From Octopus bimaculoides (lineage: Eukaryota): DNA of 64,000 nt. Below, in pieces: positions 13,545 to 27,900 of this stretch. The translations under genes and the position numbers were made by a program. The first letter of the stretch is position 1. Each line of letters begins with the position of its first letter. Where the stretch lies: assembly GCF_001194135.2 (NCBI RefSeq), contig NC_068984.1:86901384-86965383 (forward strand), given 5' to 3'. A model generated the notes under the pieces. It was not told the DNA's origin and did not search any database. It was given only the letters and a program-made list of their open reading frames with translations.

Positions 13545-15403
13545 GTATGACATTAATTTTGACACATTCACTCCTCAGTTGAGCCTTGTTATGGGTTCTT
13601 TATTTTAATTTTTTTTTTTCTGTTAACAAGGCAGCCACTGGTTTCTTGTGGGAAACCTCTCGATTCTTTACACGATACACTTGAGAATGCTGGTAATCAT
13701 CTCCATTTTGGATGAGAGTATACATACCTTCATGCATGCATACATACATACATACATACATGCATGGTCCCACTGCATGGCTCTTTGGGCAAGAGTTATT
13801 GACTATAGCTCTGATTCAACCAATGCCTTATCAATGGAATTGGTAGGTAAACATTGCATGGAAGCCTCCCATGTGTGTGTTATATAAGTATATGTGTGTG
13901 TCAGTGTGTCTTCATAGATACACATTGACACACACACACACATAGATACCAGTGATATTTGTATTCTCTCATTTCTCCCATAAGCAATAAGTCTGCAGTT
14001 AAATGTATGAAGAGCAGTGGAATAAAGTGTTGCACTTGAAAACAAGGGCTGGTAACAGGAAAGGGATTTGGCTGTAAAATACTGCATCAAGATGTCCAAC
14101 ATTGACAAAAAATAGACATAAATATGATGATGATGATATATGCTTAAAATGTTTGATGAAGAAATTTTGTAACTTGTAAGATATTGTACTGTTACTCATA
14201 TAACACAAGAGAGGTCTATCAATTTGAAGTTCTCATTTATTGATGTGACAGCTGAAAAATGATATCAATGATAAATATTTTTCTTGGTTTTGGAATTATA
14301 ATATGGTTTATAATTATTTGGGCACTTAAACAGTAATAATATTCCTTGATGATAATTAGTAGAGATGAAATTGATATTTGCAACATTTTTATATCATGAA
14401 TAATGATAATAAGACAATTGAGGTTTTTCATCATCAGCATCATCATTTTATATCAGCTTTCCATGCTGGCATGGTTTAGCTGGGTTGTCACAGTCCAAAA
14501 TTAGTTCTTATTCAAAGTTACTGCCCTCTAAGATGGGTCTAAGGACCATGTCTTGTTTATATGTCCCAATTTTCACATGATTTCTGCTGTCCTTCCTTAC
14601 ACAAGTCACTTTACTATGTCCTTGGTGTAATTTGTCATTGCACCAACACTAAAAGAGCTATGTCTCCTTAACACAACTAGGACTCTCTTCACCTTATAGA
14701 GTCTATGTTTATTCATGGCAGAATGACCAAGAAGAGATGAACAGAAGAGAAAACACTGATACCAGGACCCAGGGGAATAGGCGAGAGGAGTGACAATATT
14801 ATGAGAGAAATATAACGATTGAGGTGTGGAGGCAGTAGAGAATGAAGTGAAGAGTGACTGTGCTGGGGTAAGAGACAGCAAATGGCAACTAATGTCAGAG
14901 AGAGATCAGGTGAAAGCTGGCAGCACAGAAAGGGTAATAGAAGGAAACTTGGAAATGAACAGATCCATTGCTGTCCCTCATACACAAATGTCTTAATGGA
15001 AGAGATAAGGTGAACAGAGTAGTAGAATATTTGCAGATTCAATACTATCTCTTATTTTATGGTTGACGTGATACAAGTTAGAAAGAGGGTGAATGTCAGA
15101 GAGACAAGAGGGTTGGACAAGTTAGTGAGCAATGGGGAGATGAGTTGTAAAGATAGTGTTGGGGATAGAGATGAAAGGACATCAAATAGGCGATGGGGTC
15201 AACTTATCAGGGGCATATTAGGTAAGAAGTCCAAATGTAGGTGTGTGTGTGTGTACATATCTATACATTCCAACTTCTATCTCTACCATTATTTCACCAT
15301 GTTTGTGTTTTAATACCAAGAATTGTATTTGCATTATTTTTGACTAAGCTGATTATAAAGAAGTACTATTCACTGCTAATACTTTTCAAAATTTATTTTA
15401 CAG

Positions 15404-15529
15404 GGTGCTATGGTAGCTACTTACAAGGCTCTTACCTCTCAACCAAAGACCACACTTGAGCCTGTTGGGGCTTCATCTTTGGCACAACGTCGAGGTAAAA
15501 ATCGACCAAAGACATCAACTGCCGTATAA
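15404..15529 (+). CDS. RPS6KA: RSK canonical last coding exon with ERK-docking motif and class I PDZ-binding tail
   Basis: tacag|GGT; GAMVATYKALTSQPKTTLEPVGASSLAQRRGKNRPKTSTAV*. LAQRR is the ERK D-site and STAV* resembles the vertebrate RSK STAL/STTL tail. AATAAA at 15913. Confidence 0.96.
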   Translation, partial: GAMVATYKALTSQPKTTLEPVGASSLAQRRGKNRPKTSTAV

Positions 15530-15811
15530 CCAAATGACATAATCTTAAATTCTCATCTTTTCCAACTACATTTATTGTTAAAAACAAAGTAAGCTTATAT
15601 TTAAGCTCCGTGAAATGAGTATAACTTTCTCATCTTGTTAATATCAAGCACCATGCTACAGGACATCTAGTGTGACTACAGATTTGAGGTTTTATCCTTA
15701 ACCAAATCTTTAGTCTGTAGTTACATTTCTCTATTAATGTCATGGCGCTTTTATACATGGTGCTGTGTTATCTAAGTTAAACCAATTTAAATGAATTTTT
15801 ATTCATTTCAG

Positions 15812-15859
15812 ATACGCCTGATCTGTTACGTTTAATTCTGTCAAGAGAAAGATCTGAGG
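15812..15859 (+). CDS. RPS6KA: Candidate alternative 48-nt RSK cassette exon (phase 1-1)
   Basis: tttttattcatttcag|AT to GAGG|gttagt; open in the phase set by the internal donor AG|gtaaaa at 15494/15495; gives DTPDLLRLILSRERSE(G). No transcript evidence. Confidence 0.5.
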
Positions 15860-16571
15860 GTTAGTTTAGTAATATATATCCGTGTGCACAATATAACAGT
15901 TGTATCACACACAATAAAAGAAAATTCTGCTCTCATAATCTCCAAATGATTCAATAGACCAACATGAATTATTATTGGCTGTTATTATTTATAATGTAAA
16001 AATTCCTAGATTATGCTTGAATGCTCCAATTTTCAAAACCAACTTCGTTATAAGAACTGAAAGATCTATTTTAAAAATTCATAAACATGTGAATCAAAGA
16101 TTTTAATTTGTATTTATATTGGTTAAAAATTGCACTCCAACGTTTTTGTGAAAAAAAAAGAGAGAAAAAAATGGATGCTAAGCTGCTGATGATGATGATA
16201 TTGTCATTTTTAACACAAAATTATATTGTTAGCCAGTCTATTTGCTTGCATTTCTGTTTTAATTTCTTTATTAAATTCAGAAAGTGTGTAAAGAATGTTG
16301 TTTCAGAAACCATAATCTATTCTACAGGCCACTTCTTTCTTCAGTAGAGAATATTGATTTGATGCTGCTCCCTATTTTTAATTTAAATGATTTAAATCAG
16401 CTTTTTTGGCTTGATTTCTTTTATTTAATTTTTAGATACATTATTCTGCATTGAATAATTTTGAAATAGCCCTTATTTTGGGCATCTTAAATCATATTGT
16501 GATGTACAGTTCTTACAGCATATTAAGAATACAGAAAGCTATTTATAATCACTTTTGTATTTGTTTTGCAG

Positions 16572-16585
16572 GATTCTTGACATGA
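16572..16585 (+). CDS. RPS6KA: Candidate alternative terminal RSK exon encoding (G)FLT*
   Basis: Strong acceptor cacttttgtatttgttttgcag|GA TTC TTG ACA TGA, phase 1 compatible; AATAAA at 16746. Confidence 0.45.
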
Positions 16586-17257
16586 AATCATCTGTTGAAA
16601 TTGGTATTGTTGTATTTTGAGAGGGTCATAGTGCCAATATACCACACACACTAACTGTAGTACACTTCAAGTTTTATTATCAATTATTTAGATAGTTAGT
16701 CAATTAATTAATCAATTAATGAAGTAACTTATCTAATTAATTGATAATAAAACTTAACTAAGCTACAACCAACACGTGTGTGTTCCCTAAATACAACAAT
16801 ATTTATAATCAAGGTTACCCAAATATTTTCTTTAAAGCAAATTTAATACCATGATCTGATCTATTTATTTGACTGTACACAAAGCCAAAAATAAGGAATA
16901 TAGTTTGTTGAATTGATACCAATACCTTACTGATATTATTTTATTGATTAGGAAGAGTAGCACAGTTGATTCCTTTTCTTTTTTTATTTTTTGTTATTAG
17001 AAAACAGATGATAAACAGTGAAAAAAAAAAGGGAGAAAAAATATTTCACATGATGCCTGACTTTTTTTTTTTTAATTTAAATTTATTTCAAAATGAATCA
17101 GTAATATGTTTATAACAGTAAACAGTGAACACTGAACAATGTTGAAATGAACTTTCTGGGTTTCCAAACTTAGTTAACTATGCAAGTTTAAGAAATATTT
17201 TTTTAATTGTAAATGTTAATGTGCTTCTGATAAAATACTGTAATTTAGTTGGTTATT

Positions 17258-17528
17258 NNNNNNNNNNNNNNNNNNNNNNNNNNNNNNNNNNNNNNNNNNN
17301 NNNNNNNNNNNNNNNNNNNNNNNNNNNNNNNNNNNNNNNNNNNNNNNNNNNNNNNNNNNNNNNNNNNNNNNNNNNNNNNNNNNNNNNNNNNNNNNNNNNN
17401 NNNNNNNNNNNNNNNNNNNNNNNNNNNNNNNNNNNNNNNNNNNNNNNNNNNNNNNNNNNNNNNNNNNNNNNNNNNNNNNNNNNNNNNNNNNNNNNNNNNN
17501 NNNNNNNNNNNNNNNNNNNNNNNNNNNN
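17258..17528. other. Assembly gap
   Basis: N run. Confidence 1.
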
Positions 17529-20500
17529 TATATATGTATATATGTCTACCGTTTTTATATAAGATCATCAATATAATTATCACTCAGCTATTGGCAATTA
17601 TGTTATATCAAATAATTCAAATAATTTTCAAAAGTGAGTGATAATTATATTAATGATCATTTAGTTTTTTTCTTCGTAATATTGCTTTATATCAGTGAGT
17701 TATTTATTTTCTAACATTTACTTAGTTTATTTTTCCCTTCTGCAATGTGATTTAATATGAATTGGGTGTTCAGTAATTTCATTGCAAGATGTTACAATTG
17801 AATTTGGACCAATTCTGTTGTTGCCTATATATATATATATATATATATAGGAATATTTCTCGCTATAACTAGATCTTAATGATTAAAGAATATTTTGTTT
17901 TCAATCATATTTCATTTTAATTATATTCTACAACATGATAATCAAAATATGTTTCAAATAAGAAACTGAACATCAAACTATTCAAAGTTTATTGTGCATT
18001 TACTGTTTTAGTCAGTTTTTTTTTTAAATTCTCACAACAGCTAAAGCAATCAGATGTAAAAATCATAGATTTCATTCAATTTTCATAAAGATCATTAAAA
18101 TAAGATATAGTTATGATCAATCAATTTATCATTTAAATAATAGTAATTTCTTTATACATATATTTTTTTTGTAAGCATTTATTTCTTGTTTTAAAACAGA
18201 AAACACAATTTATGATTATTCCCTTTACTAACCATGCATTGCTAAATTACCTATATAAATGCTTTAAGGATGATTTAAACTTAAAATAATTTATATTAAA
18301 ACATCTCTTGGTGTCTAAAAAAAGAAAATAACTAAATATTTCACCTGAAATATCTTTTAATATGGTTCATGATTTCATTATTATATTTCATTGCTTTACA
18401 AAATCACTTTTCAATTCGCATCTCTTTTGAGCATTTTTTTCTGTCATTCTCTGCTACCCCTCCCCCTCCCCCTACTTATTTTCCTTTTCAAATTTCTATT
18501 TGCTTAAATAATTATCTCTCAATGAAAATAAGCTTTTGATATTTAAAGTTTCCATTGTACCATTGCTGAGGAAAATTTTTAATTTCTTCTAATATTTAAC
18601 ACATTTTACTCTTTTAATTTTTTTCTTTCTCTATTGCTACTACATGTTCCATTTTTAACTTCATTACAGTTTGTTTTACTCAAAGTAAAATTAACTTATT
18701 TTTAAAATTAACATTTATTTTTTTATTTCATATTTAAAAAAGAAAAAGAATTAATAAAAAATATATAATTTTCTGAGAAAACTTGTTAAAATGTTTATAT
18801 AGACTGACTTTGCAAAAAAAAAATCATGTTAACTACAAGATCTTTTTTTTTTTTTTTCTACTATTTCTTGGACTTAACCCTGCTTTAAGGTGTTGTACTG
18901 AAGTTGTATACTTTATTTAAGGTAGGGGGGACATTTTTGTTTATCTTTATGTATGGAAGTATTTCTTTTCTATATCTATGTAAATTTTACTAACATATTT
19001 TGTAAATAGTTGTCATCATCTGGTTGTGCTTTTAGTCTCCCTCTTTTTTCATTGGTAGCCAATTCTAAATGTAATTCTTGCTCAGTTAAATTTTGGATAT
19101 GTTTCAGGTTGTTTTCTATTAAAATTCTATTTCTCATTATTTACTATGTTTCTTGTTTATCATTGAAATTGCCCCTTACAAAATATATAATTAGTGTTTC
19201 AGTGACATTAGTATTGTTTTTGTCTTCAGTTGTAGTTTCTGTATCCCAATTTTCTGTCCGTATCATAATTTTCTATACTGTCAACAATAATAGATGCTAG
19301 AATGGGAATATAGTATTTCACTGGATCATGATTATATATTTTTCTAGATTGCAAAAATATACAGTTTGAAATAATATTAATGAGATTGCACATAATTTAA
19401 ATATTCATTAACTGTTTTCAACGATTTACCAATTTTCTATCAAATTGGATTTTTGTTGAAGACATTTGTAACAGCTAACATCTGTGAAAAAAGTAAATTA
19501 TATTTGAATCACCTGCTGAACCAAGTTTCCAGTTGCAACAATGGTCTTACACTGGAGCTGTAAGTTGATATTGCCTAATTTTGTTTGAAAGAAACATCTG
19601 GTGAATCAGTTGTCATCTTATGCCTCTAGAGAAACAGTGTCTTCAAACCAATTGATATTGAACAATCAGATTTGTTTACAATTGACAATCATTAATGCTA
19701 CTGGATAAATCAACATAAATTTTTCACACTGTTATTTGAAATTAAATAACTTGAAACCATAAATAACTGTAACTAATTCTAGTTGTGCTCTTATGTACAC
19801 ATACACAACTTTAAATAAATATTGCCAAATATACATATACATTTAGACTTTATTTCATACCTCCACACACATCCACATGGACATGTATACTGCTCTTGCA
19901 TAACCTACTCTTGCATAACCATATCAAGGCAGCTATTCCTTCTCACTACAACAAACAAGCTGCATATCACATCTCAGCTGACTTGCAAAGCTTAAACTGC
20001 ATATCTCTTCAAACTATACACCAACTGAACTCTTAGATAATCTCCAGAGTATTGGGTGAGGGTTGGGATATGCATACACACATACTTAAATACATATATA
20101 CTTGTATGCATGTACTGGGAAGATTTGTGAATTTATATCAGTTTGTCCAGAAGTAATACTGTCAGGTAGAGCTTGTTAGACAAATCTGATTGTATTCAAG
20201 ATCATTGATTTTAGACGTATTGTCCCTGGATTAGTAAGGTGACAACAGATATTCTTCAGAAGTTTGTTAAAAGAAATTTACTTCTCTAGATAATAAGGTA
20301 AATTTCCAGCTTTCTTATAAGAGGCTAACCACTATAGGTCTCAGCTGGGTCACAATAAGGTGTGAGTATCTGCTGCTATAGTTGATGCAAGCTATTGCAA
20401 TGCTTTATTTTTTATTTGTGAAAGAAAGCAATAAGAAATGCATTCAGCTTATTCCCCGAATACATTCAGCCGATTAGTCCAGAAACAAATATTGTGGTTG

Positions 20501-21249
20501 GAGAGAATTCTTGTTTGCTCTTTGTGATAGTCTCCTTCAGTTGATTTGTTAAACTTTGATCTCTCAGACAAAATTCTATTTCTGAATCATCTGATATTTT
20601 TCATTCATTTCAAAGTCTTTTACAGTGTCACTTTGAGTGATATCGTAATTTTTGTGGTGTAAGAACATTTGGAGATGGTGCCCTATTCATTTAATGAACA
20701 TGAAATATATATATATAAAGAAGACTTGTATTTACATATCGAGGATGTTGGGTTTTTAAAGTGTCAGGTTGTAGATGATAGTGTAAAGCAACCTGTTGAA
20801 CTTCCTGAACGGCACACCTAATGAAAAATTACCTTGAATTTTTTTAGTTGTGCATCCTACTTGACAATGAGCCATGTCTTATGTGGCCCGCTTCTTGAAA
20901 AAGGTTGCCTCTGCTTGGTATAATGTAAGCAGAATTTCCAAGTTTCCACAAACTGCAGGAAGTGCCAGATAGGAAATGACACAACTATGGTTTTACTTCA
21001 ACAGAAATAAATAAGCTACAAATTTATAAGATAAATTTTTTTTTTTTAATCAATATACTTGGAAAAGTGACATTGTATATGAGTGGCTGACTTGTATCCT
21101 CTGCAATGTCTTTCCTTTTTGTTTTTCTATTTCTTTGTAACAATGAGGTAATGTTCAGATTATTTTTACATGTCTAACAAGTATTGTATAGTGTTTCCTT
21201 TAAGTCAATTCTTCATTTCTTTCTTTCATGTCTTTTTTTTTTTTTTACC

Positions 21250-23130
21250 TGCTAAAGTTGATCCTATTCTGGATGAAAATCATGATTTCCCCATGTTTCA
21301 TTGGTGAGGGGTCTCATACTTTGAAACTTGTATTCTGATCAGCCTTGTGTAGGTTTGAAAAACATTTGTTGGTTTGATAGTGTTTTTATTTCTGTGATAC
21401 TGATTTTAATTGCAATAATATTTCTGATTTCCATTGTTCATTTACCATTTAGTACTATAATGATGTTGAGGTTTGAGGATCTTTGAAAATGCCTGAATGT
21501 GATATCTGCTTCCTGTGAGCATGCTGATAGAAGGATGTTGACATAATTATTGTCAGTTTTTTCCTATTGGTTACACTATCACATTTCTCTATCAACAGGC
21601 TGTGCAGATCAAATTCATTCTTAGCTATAAGAATGGTATCATTGAAGATTGTTGATCATATGTCCTTCAGTTTTCAAACCTGAATTCTATTCTCTTTGTG
21701 TAGTCATTGTACAAGGAAATCAGGACACACATACATCTTTGTTGTACACCTTTCTTGACACTCTGAAAACAACTGATTTCTTTGTTAAAACTTAATCAGT
21801 ATGTTCTCATTGCATGCTTGTAAACATCCTGATATTTGCTTGCAATTTCCTTAAATACTGAAATGAGTTATTGTTAGTTGAATAAAAATTTTCTCATTTA
21901 TTAATCCCATTTATAGAAAGTATATTTACATTTACACTTCTTTTCAATCAGTTTGATTTTTGAGTGTCAGCTAATGTTTTAATATTTGAATATGAGCATT
22001 CATCCCAAGCTGTATTTGAACAAGGAACTTTATTTCTATATAAGTGAAGTAAATAAGTACTCTAAAGATGAGATTAATACTCTAGAAAATTATCATCTGA
22101 ATCTATTTTCAGCATTTCTGTTGTCAAAGTGTGTGTGTATATAGTCATCATTTGATGGTGATAAGGAATTGTAGCTGATGTATTTGATGTAGAAGGAGCT
22201 GAATATAAATTTCATGAAACTGTCATGTACTTTGTCTATTCCTTTCATGATTTTGTAGCTTTCTTTATCTTGATTCTAAGTGGAACTTTCCTTACATGAC
22301 TCAAAAGAGGCATGGTTTTGAGAAGTGTACACTTAATGTCATCTGACTTCCATGATACTGTCAAGAAAATCAAAAGCAGGATCTTGCATTTTCCTCACTG
22401 TCCTGTAATTCATAAATTAATTTTGCATTTGTATATATGTTCAGTTTTTTTTTTCTTCTCTATGCATTTCAGCCGTCTTCTAAGAAGTATGATTCTTTTT
22501 AAAATTATTTTGTATCCGAACACTTTCATTTCCTCCACAATTATAGAGATTTTAATATATTTGTCCATCTCTCTAGTGTCTTCCTCAAATCTTCACCTCT
22601 TTCATTTTTGTTTGAATAAATGACCATTTGTCTGGATTTATAGTGCCTGCTTCAGCCCATTTTATATCACAAATACCAAATTGCATATGTTCAATCTTTC
22701 TTTATCTTCTTCTTTCCCTGTCCCATTCATATATATTGATATAATATTCCAAAGTACTAATCAGGAGGTTTTTATTCACTTTTCCTCTCTTGGTATTACT
22801 GACAGTAGCTTGATGATAGTCTGTTGCGTACAGTGGCTTATATTGGACAAGTAGCTTCTACTGAAGCCAAATTCATATTATCATTAAATGATATAAACAT
22901 TTCCCAGTCTCTTAATCTTGGTTATTGTTTGACAATGTTTCTTGTTTCTTTCTGTTGGTTTCTGCACAATCTTTCTGCTAAACTTCTATTTGTACTTACA
23001 AGGCAGATCTTTTGGGGAATGCCTCCAATTTACTTGGTTATCTTTTCTCAAAGCCTCTGGGATACTTTATAGGAAACAAATATAACCAGATGTTGCATCT
23101 TACTCCACAAAATTACTTCAATGACGACAT
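21250..23130 (-). mobile_element. Heavily decayed RTE-clade LINE; boundaries approximate
   Basis: Minus-strand remnants KKGVQQ (GVRQG motif), NNL..DTILIAKNEFDLHSLL (YADD region) and MEIRNIIAI; many frameshifts. Confidence 0.6.
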
Positions 23131-24877
23131 GAACATTATTTGAAATGACAATGAGTTATTTTGAACTCTTAATCTGAGTTTTAATAAAGATGCAATAGTG
23201 CCTGCTCTGATTGGTTTATATTATATTATATTGATCAGTATATTGTTTAATCATTTACCTAATGAAGAACTTTTCAGTCTTTTGCATGAAATAATAAAAA
23301 AGAAAAAATGATTCTGGTTTATTTTCAGAGCAAAAATATTCCAAGTCAGTTAATTGTTGATAAAATTAGTCATATGAGTGTCATTCTTGAAATATTAAGC
23401 AGCTGCTTTTTATCAATTCATTTCTTGGGTTACAGCCAAATCTGTCCCCCACCACATCCATCTCTCTTTCTCTTTTTCACTCCAGCTTATTAGGGAGTCA
23501 GTGAAACAATATATCTTTCATGGCTGTCAAGATGATACATCTGCTGACATGTTAGATGTATAACATGCACATTTAATGATCAAAGCACATACATAGATAA
23601 ATCTCCACACATTTATTCATGATTTTATATTTTTTTTTAGTTATATATTTAGCTTCAAATTGACAAAAAAAAAATTAAATTTATTAAAGAAGCCTCTTTT
23701 CTATATTACTTGAATATTTTTGTTTCATTTTGTAAATATGCAAAATTATTTTTTTATAATTTTCTATTTAAAATAGTTTTGCTATTTCTAAACACTTTGT
23801 ATGTTTCATGAGCAATGAATTGCTCAAGCTTTATTGATCAATTATCGAGGAAGGACACTCATGGCTTTTATAATAAAAGCTTAATTATTTAAACTTATGA
23901 TTTTTAAGCATTTTTTTATTTGCTCTCTGAAAATATATTCTAAAATGTTATGTATCATGTTCAAAAGATTAAAAAAAAATTATGAAATATATTAGTGTAT
24001 TTATGTATTATTTCAGCAATTCTATTTTTTTAGTTGATTCCTTATACAGGCAATAAATTGTAAAGGTTTTAGGTATCTACTAAGTATCACACACACACAC
24101 ATACACACACACACAGAGTTTCAACAGCTTCATTCAGCAATATCTATTTTTAGTCACAGAAATGATTAAAGCTTTATAAACAATATATTTTTATATACCA
24201 TTACAGAAGAAAGAATGAGACTCTAATTGGAAAGGAAGTAAAAGTATATTTTGGTGATTAAAACTTTATAATGTTTTGGCGTAACTTCTATACATTTATT
24301 TGCAGTAATTTCTGACAGCAGATAATTAGTGAAAATACACAATTAGAGTTTATATCAACAGTAATAAATAAATCCATTGATGTCTAGCCAAATATTATCA
24401 GAAAATGATCATGTAATTGTTTGCCTGTACTACATCACAGCCAAAACTCTGAATAGATGTTTATATTCTGTATTATAAAACTGACTTGGCTATCTATTAA
24501 GTAGTATGTTCAATATGTTTAAGGAATCAAAGATGTCTTCATTTAGGACTTTCTTATCTCTGATTATATATTTACCCTGTCTGGGATGTATTGTAGTGAG
24601 AGACTTGTAAATGTTAAAGACGCAAAGATTCAAGTAGGAATGGAGTAGATAAAACTGGAAAGATATGGGGTTCTACTCAAGCTGCTAAAGATAGCAGTCA
24701 AATGCACCCTAATGTCTTAAATTTTGAATAAAAAATGAAGAAAAATCACCTTGGTCATGTAGTCCCTAATATAATAGACAAAATACCAGTTGGCCACTGC
24801 TGGAATGCTTTTTGTTATAGGTCTAGCTTGGGGCTAATCAAAGAGTAGGGTCTTGTCTGAAGGGTATTTTATCTAAG

Positions 24878-24883
24878 GTATAT

Positions 24884-24937
<54 letters not shown>
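24878..24937. repeat. (TA)n microsatellite
   Basis: Direct reading; other (TA)n runs at about 17827-17849 and 29903-29945. Confidence 0.95.
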
Positions 24938-24940
<3 letters not shown>

Positions 24941-27900
24941 TTATCAATAGATATTTTAACATAAACTGCAAAGAAAAACTGAAAATTTTATAAAACATCT
25001 AATCATAATCTTCGCTTCTTTTTTTGCAAACCTACATTGTTTCAGAATTCCAGTCAAAAATTCTCACGTCTGAATTGTTATCAGCAACTGTTTTTTTTTT
25101 TCTTTTTCTGTAAGAGTTTGCTATGGAGCAAATTAACACTTTGCAAGATGTAAAATATTCCAATGAAACACACTGTATATGTGTGTTTTAATTAATTTTG
25201 AAAATGTCCAAGAATTTGGAGAACTTTCATAAAATCCCTTTTTTTTTTATTACTAAGCTGGTGTTTGGAACTTAGCAGAAGGTTCTTACATAAAAAGGAT
25301 TGAATTATAATAGAACATTTTAATTTAGCTATGGACACTTTAAAACAGGTTTTATATGATACAACGAGGTTGTACAGGTTGGGGTCAAAAGGCTTAATGA
25401 ATTAATGGCAGTAGTGATATCTGTAAATTTCTGCATAAGTGTAATCTTCTAGTTGAATAAATGCAGGGCCGAGAGTTAGTTTTTGAAATAAATATATGAA
25501 GAAGACATGGCCTTTACAATAAGTTTTAAAATAAGTTGTCTATAATTTTTCTAGCAAAGATTTTTCATTAAAAACATCTAAAATATAAAAGTTAAGAATC
25601 TTTTATGCATCTGACTTTATGGAACTATTGATTGAAAAAATACTCATCTTTGACTGAAGACATCTACTGTTTGTTTTTAATTATAATTAAATATTCTGCA
25701 CTCTGCTTCTAAAGTAATATTTTATTCTTTTTTTAAAAAGAATTATAATCACTGGATGAAATAAGTTTTGATTTTTATAGTTTCCTTTTGATGTATATAA
25801 CTAGTGATGTAAAAAATCCTTCAGGACTTCATTCTCTAATGAGCTATTTTTAAAATAATAGTTAATACAAATAGGAACACTCTCTTTTGTCTATTACAGC
25901 ATTATGTCTCGCAATTGTATTGATCCAATATTTTAGTGTTATTTTCTTCAGAGTTGAGTGCACAAAACTCTCCTTCTGCTCACTACAATTATACAACCGT
26001 CCTATTTGTTTTATGTGATGAGAAACTGAATTATTTAGCATTGATTTAATCATTTAGTTACAAATTTCTTTTTTAAATCTCATTTTTGTATTTCAAAATC
26101 AAAGGATCTTTATGTACCTGACAATATTTTATTTTATAAATATATAAAGGTCAGTTCTATTTCCCCAATCAAGTTTTACATTAAAAAAAGAAAAATCAAA
26201 AAAGTCTATATAGCCTCATCAACAAGTCAACTAAACTGAAGTACTAATTCAAATCAAAATGCAATGAACACATTCTGGTTATATTTATTATTCAAATCTT
26301 AGAACTCTTATTGCTACAGTGTGAAATGAAACTGGACCTATTTTATTCACACAGAACAGGCATAACTAGTTCTGGTTGCCAACTTCTGTTTTTTTTTATT
26401 TATTATTTTGTTACTTAAGTAATCTTTATAAAATGCTAATCACTGAAAAATGGTTAGTAATAATTAAGTTGTTGAAAAACTTAAAATGTAACTTTTCAGA
26501 TTCAATTAAAGACAAGTGTTTTCTCAAAGTGATTGGCTCTCTTGCTTCTCATTCTGCATTATTACAGTTATATCTTCTTTCAAAGAGTACAATCTACTGT
26601 TTTATGATAAAGAATTTTTAAATATGATCCTAACTTCAATAATTTTCAAATCTGATGACAAACACTCATGCAGTACAATTGAAATTAACTTTGGAATATT
26701 TTGTATGATATTGATTTTTAGAAGTTAGTCATTTTTATCACTATTTTTTTCTGGATCAAATAGTATATATGTGCCATCATAATTTAGCTTTGTGTGATAA
26801 ATATCCATATGCATTCAGATGCATTTATGATGTACATATACTTACATAGTAGTGTTGCAGTCAAAATTCAGACATTGAAAGGCAAAAGGCTGGGATATTT
26901 AGCTAACTCCTGATGAAGTAATCATGATTCAAGTTATTCTTCCATAATATCTTTCATAACAAATCATTAGAACAAAAGCTTTACTTGTAATCTTAAGGTT
27001 TGTTATTTGAGAATGTTATGCTGATCTCTGCTGCTTTCAGTGTTCCTTGGTCTTGTGAAATTTGATTGTTCTGTGACTACAAACTACACACTTAACTAAT
27101 ACTGTCAGCTCACATCTCAAAGGGTTTTGATTTTCATGCACTAAGCACTTTGTTTCTCTTGTTTTCAAGCATACAATTTGCCTTAAGATACTGCTGAAAG
27201 AAAACAATAGATTATAGAGCAGTGAAATTCTGGTGAAGAAGTGTAACCTATACTTTGCTTGACAAGTTTTACAGTTAATATGACTGACTGAGCAAAGAGT
27301 TACAATTGACAACCACACATCTTTATGTCATGTTGCTGATTCTTTTTTGGTACCTTCCTCAATTGTGTGTTAATACAGCTACTGATACGAAGTTGAACTT
27401 TTGGTAGGAAACACAGTTTCTGCTGCAATTGTTACTTAATTCTTAAGCATGAGGTCTAGATGTGAGATAATATTCTTGAATTTAAGCTTATGGTCAATCT
27501 ACTTCAGAAGTTTTGAGATTTAATATTTGATATATCATCCAATTGTAATGTATATACAAATTTCTACACATCAGCTGGCAAATATAATGACATTCAGTAT
27601 TATTACTCCCTCTAGGAATGTCTGTAATGATCATAAAAAAAGCACTACATTGCTACCTATCTGTTTTCTTACTATTAATGTAGTTATCTGTTAACTGTGT
27701 CCATCCTGTGAGCTACAAACTTTTATTTTCATTATTGAGAATAACCTTTCCTTTGCTCTCAGCCTAGGCCTTTTGCACATTTGTACCAAGTCAGTGAGAT
27801 GCAACCTATCCCCCCCCCCTTCTCATTGCTCTCTTCCATGAATCTGATGCAATATATGTAGTGTACTGTTGATGTTATCTCAAAGTTTTGACATACTGCT

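Noticed and set aside
17221-17641. ORFs spanning N runs (also 52356-52613 and 62856-63336)
   Set aside because: Artefacts of assembly gaps and microsatellites
20100-20700. Higher-complexity stretch resembling a decayed ORF
   Set aside because: Stops in the frames I translated and no motif I can assign
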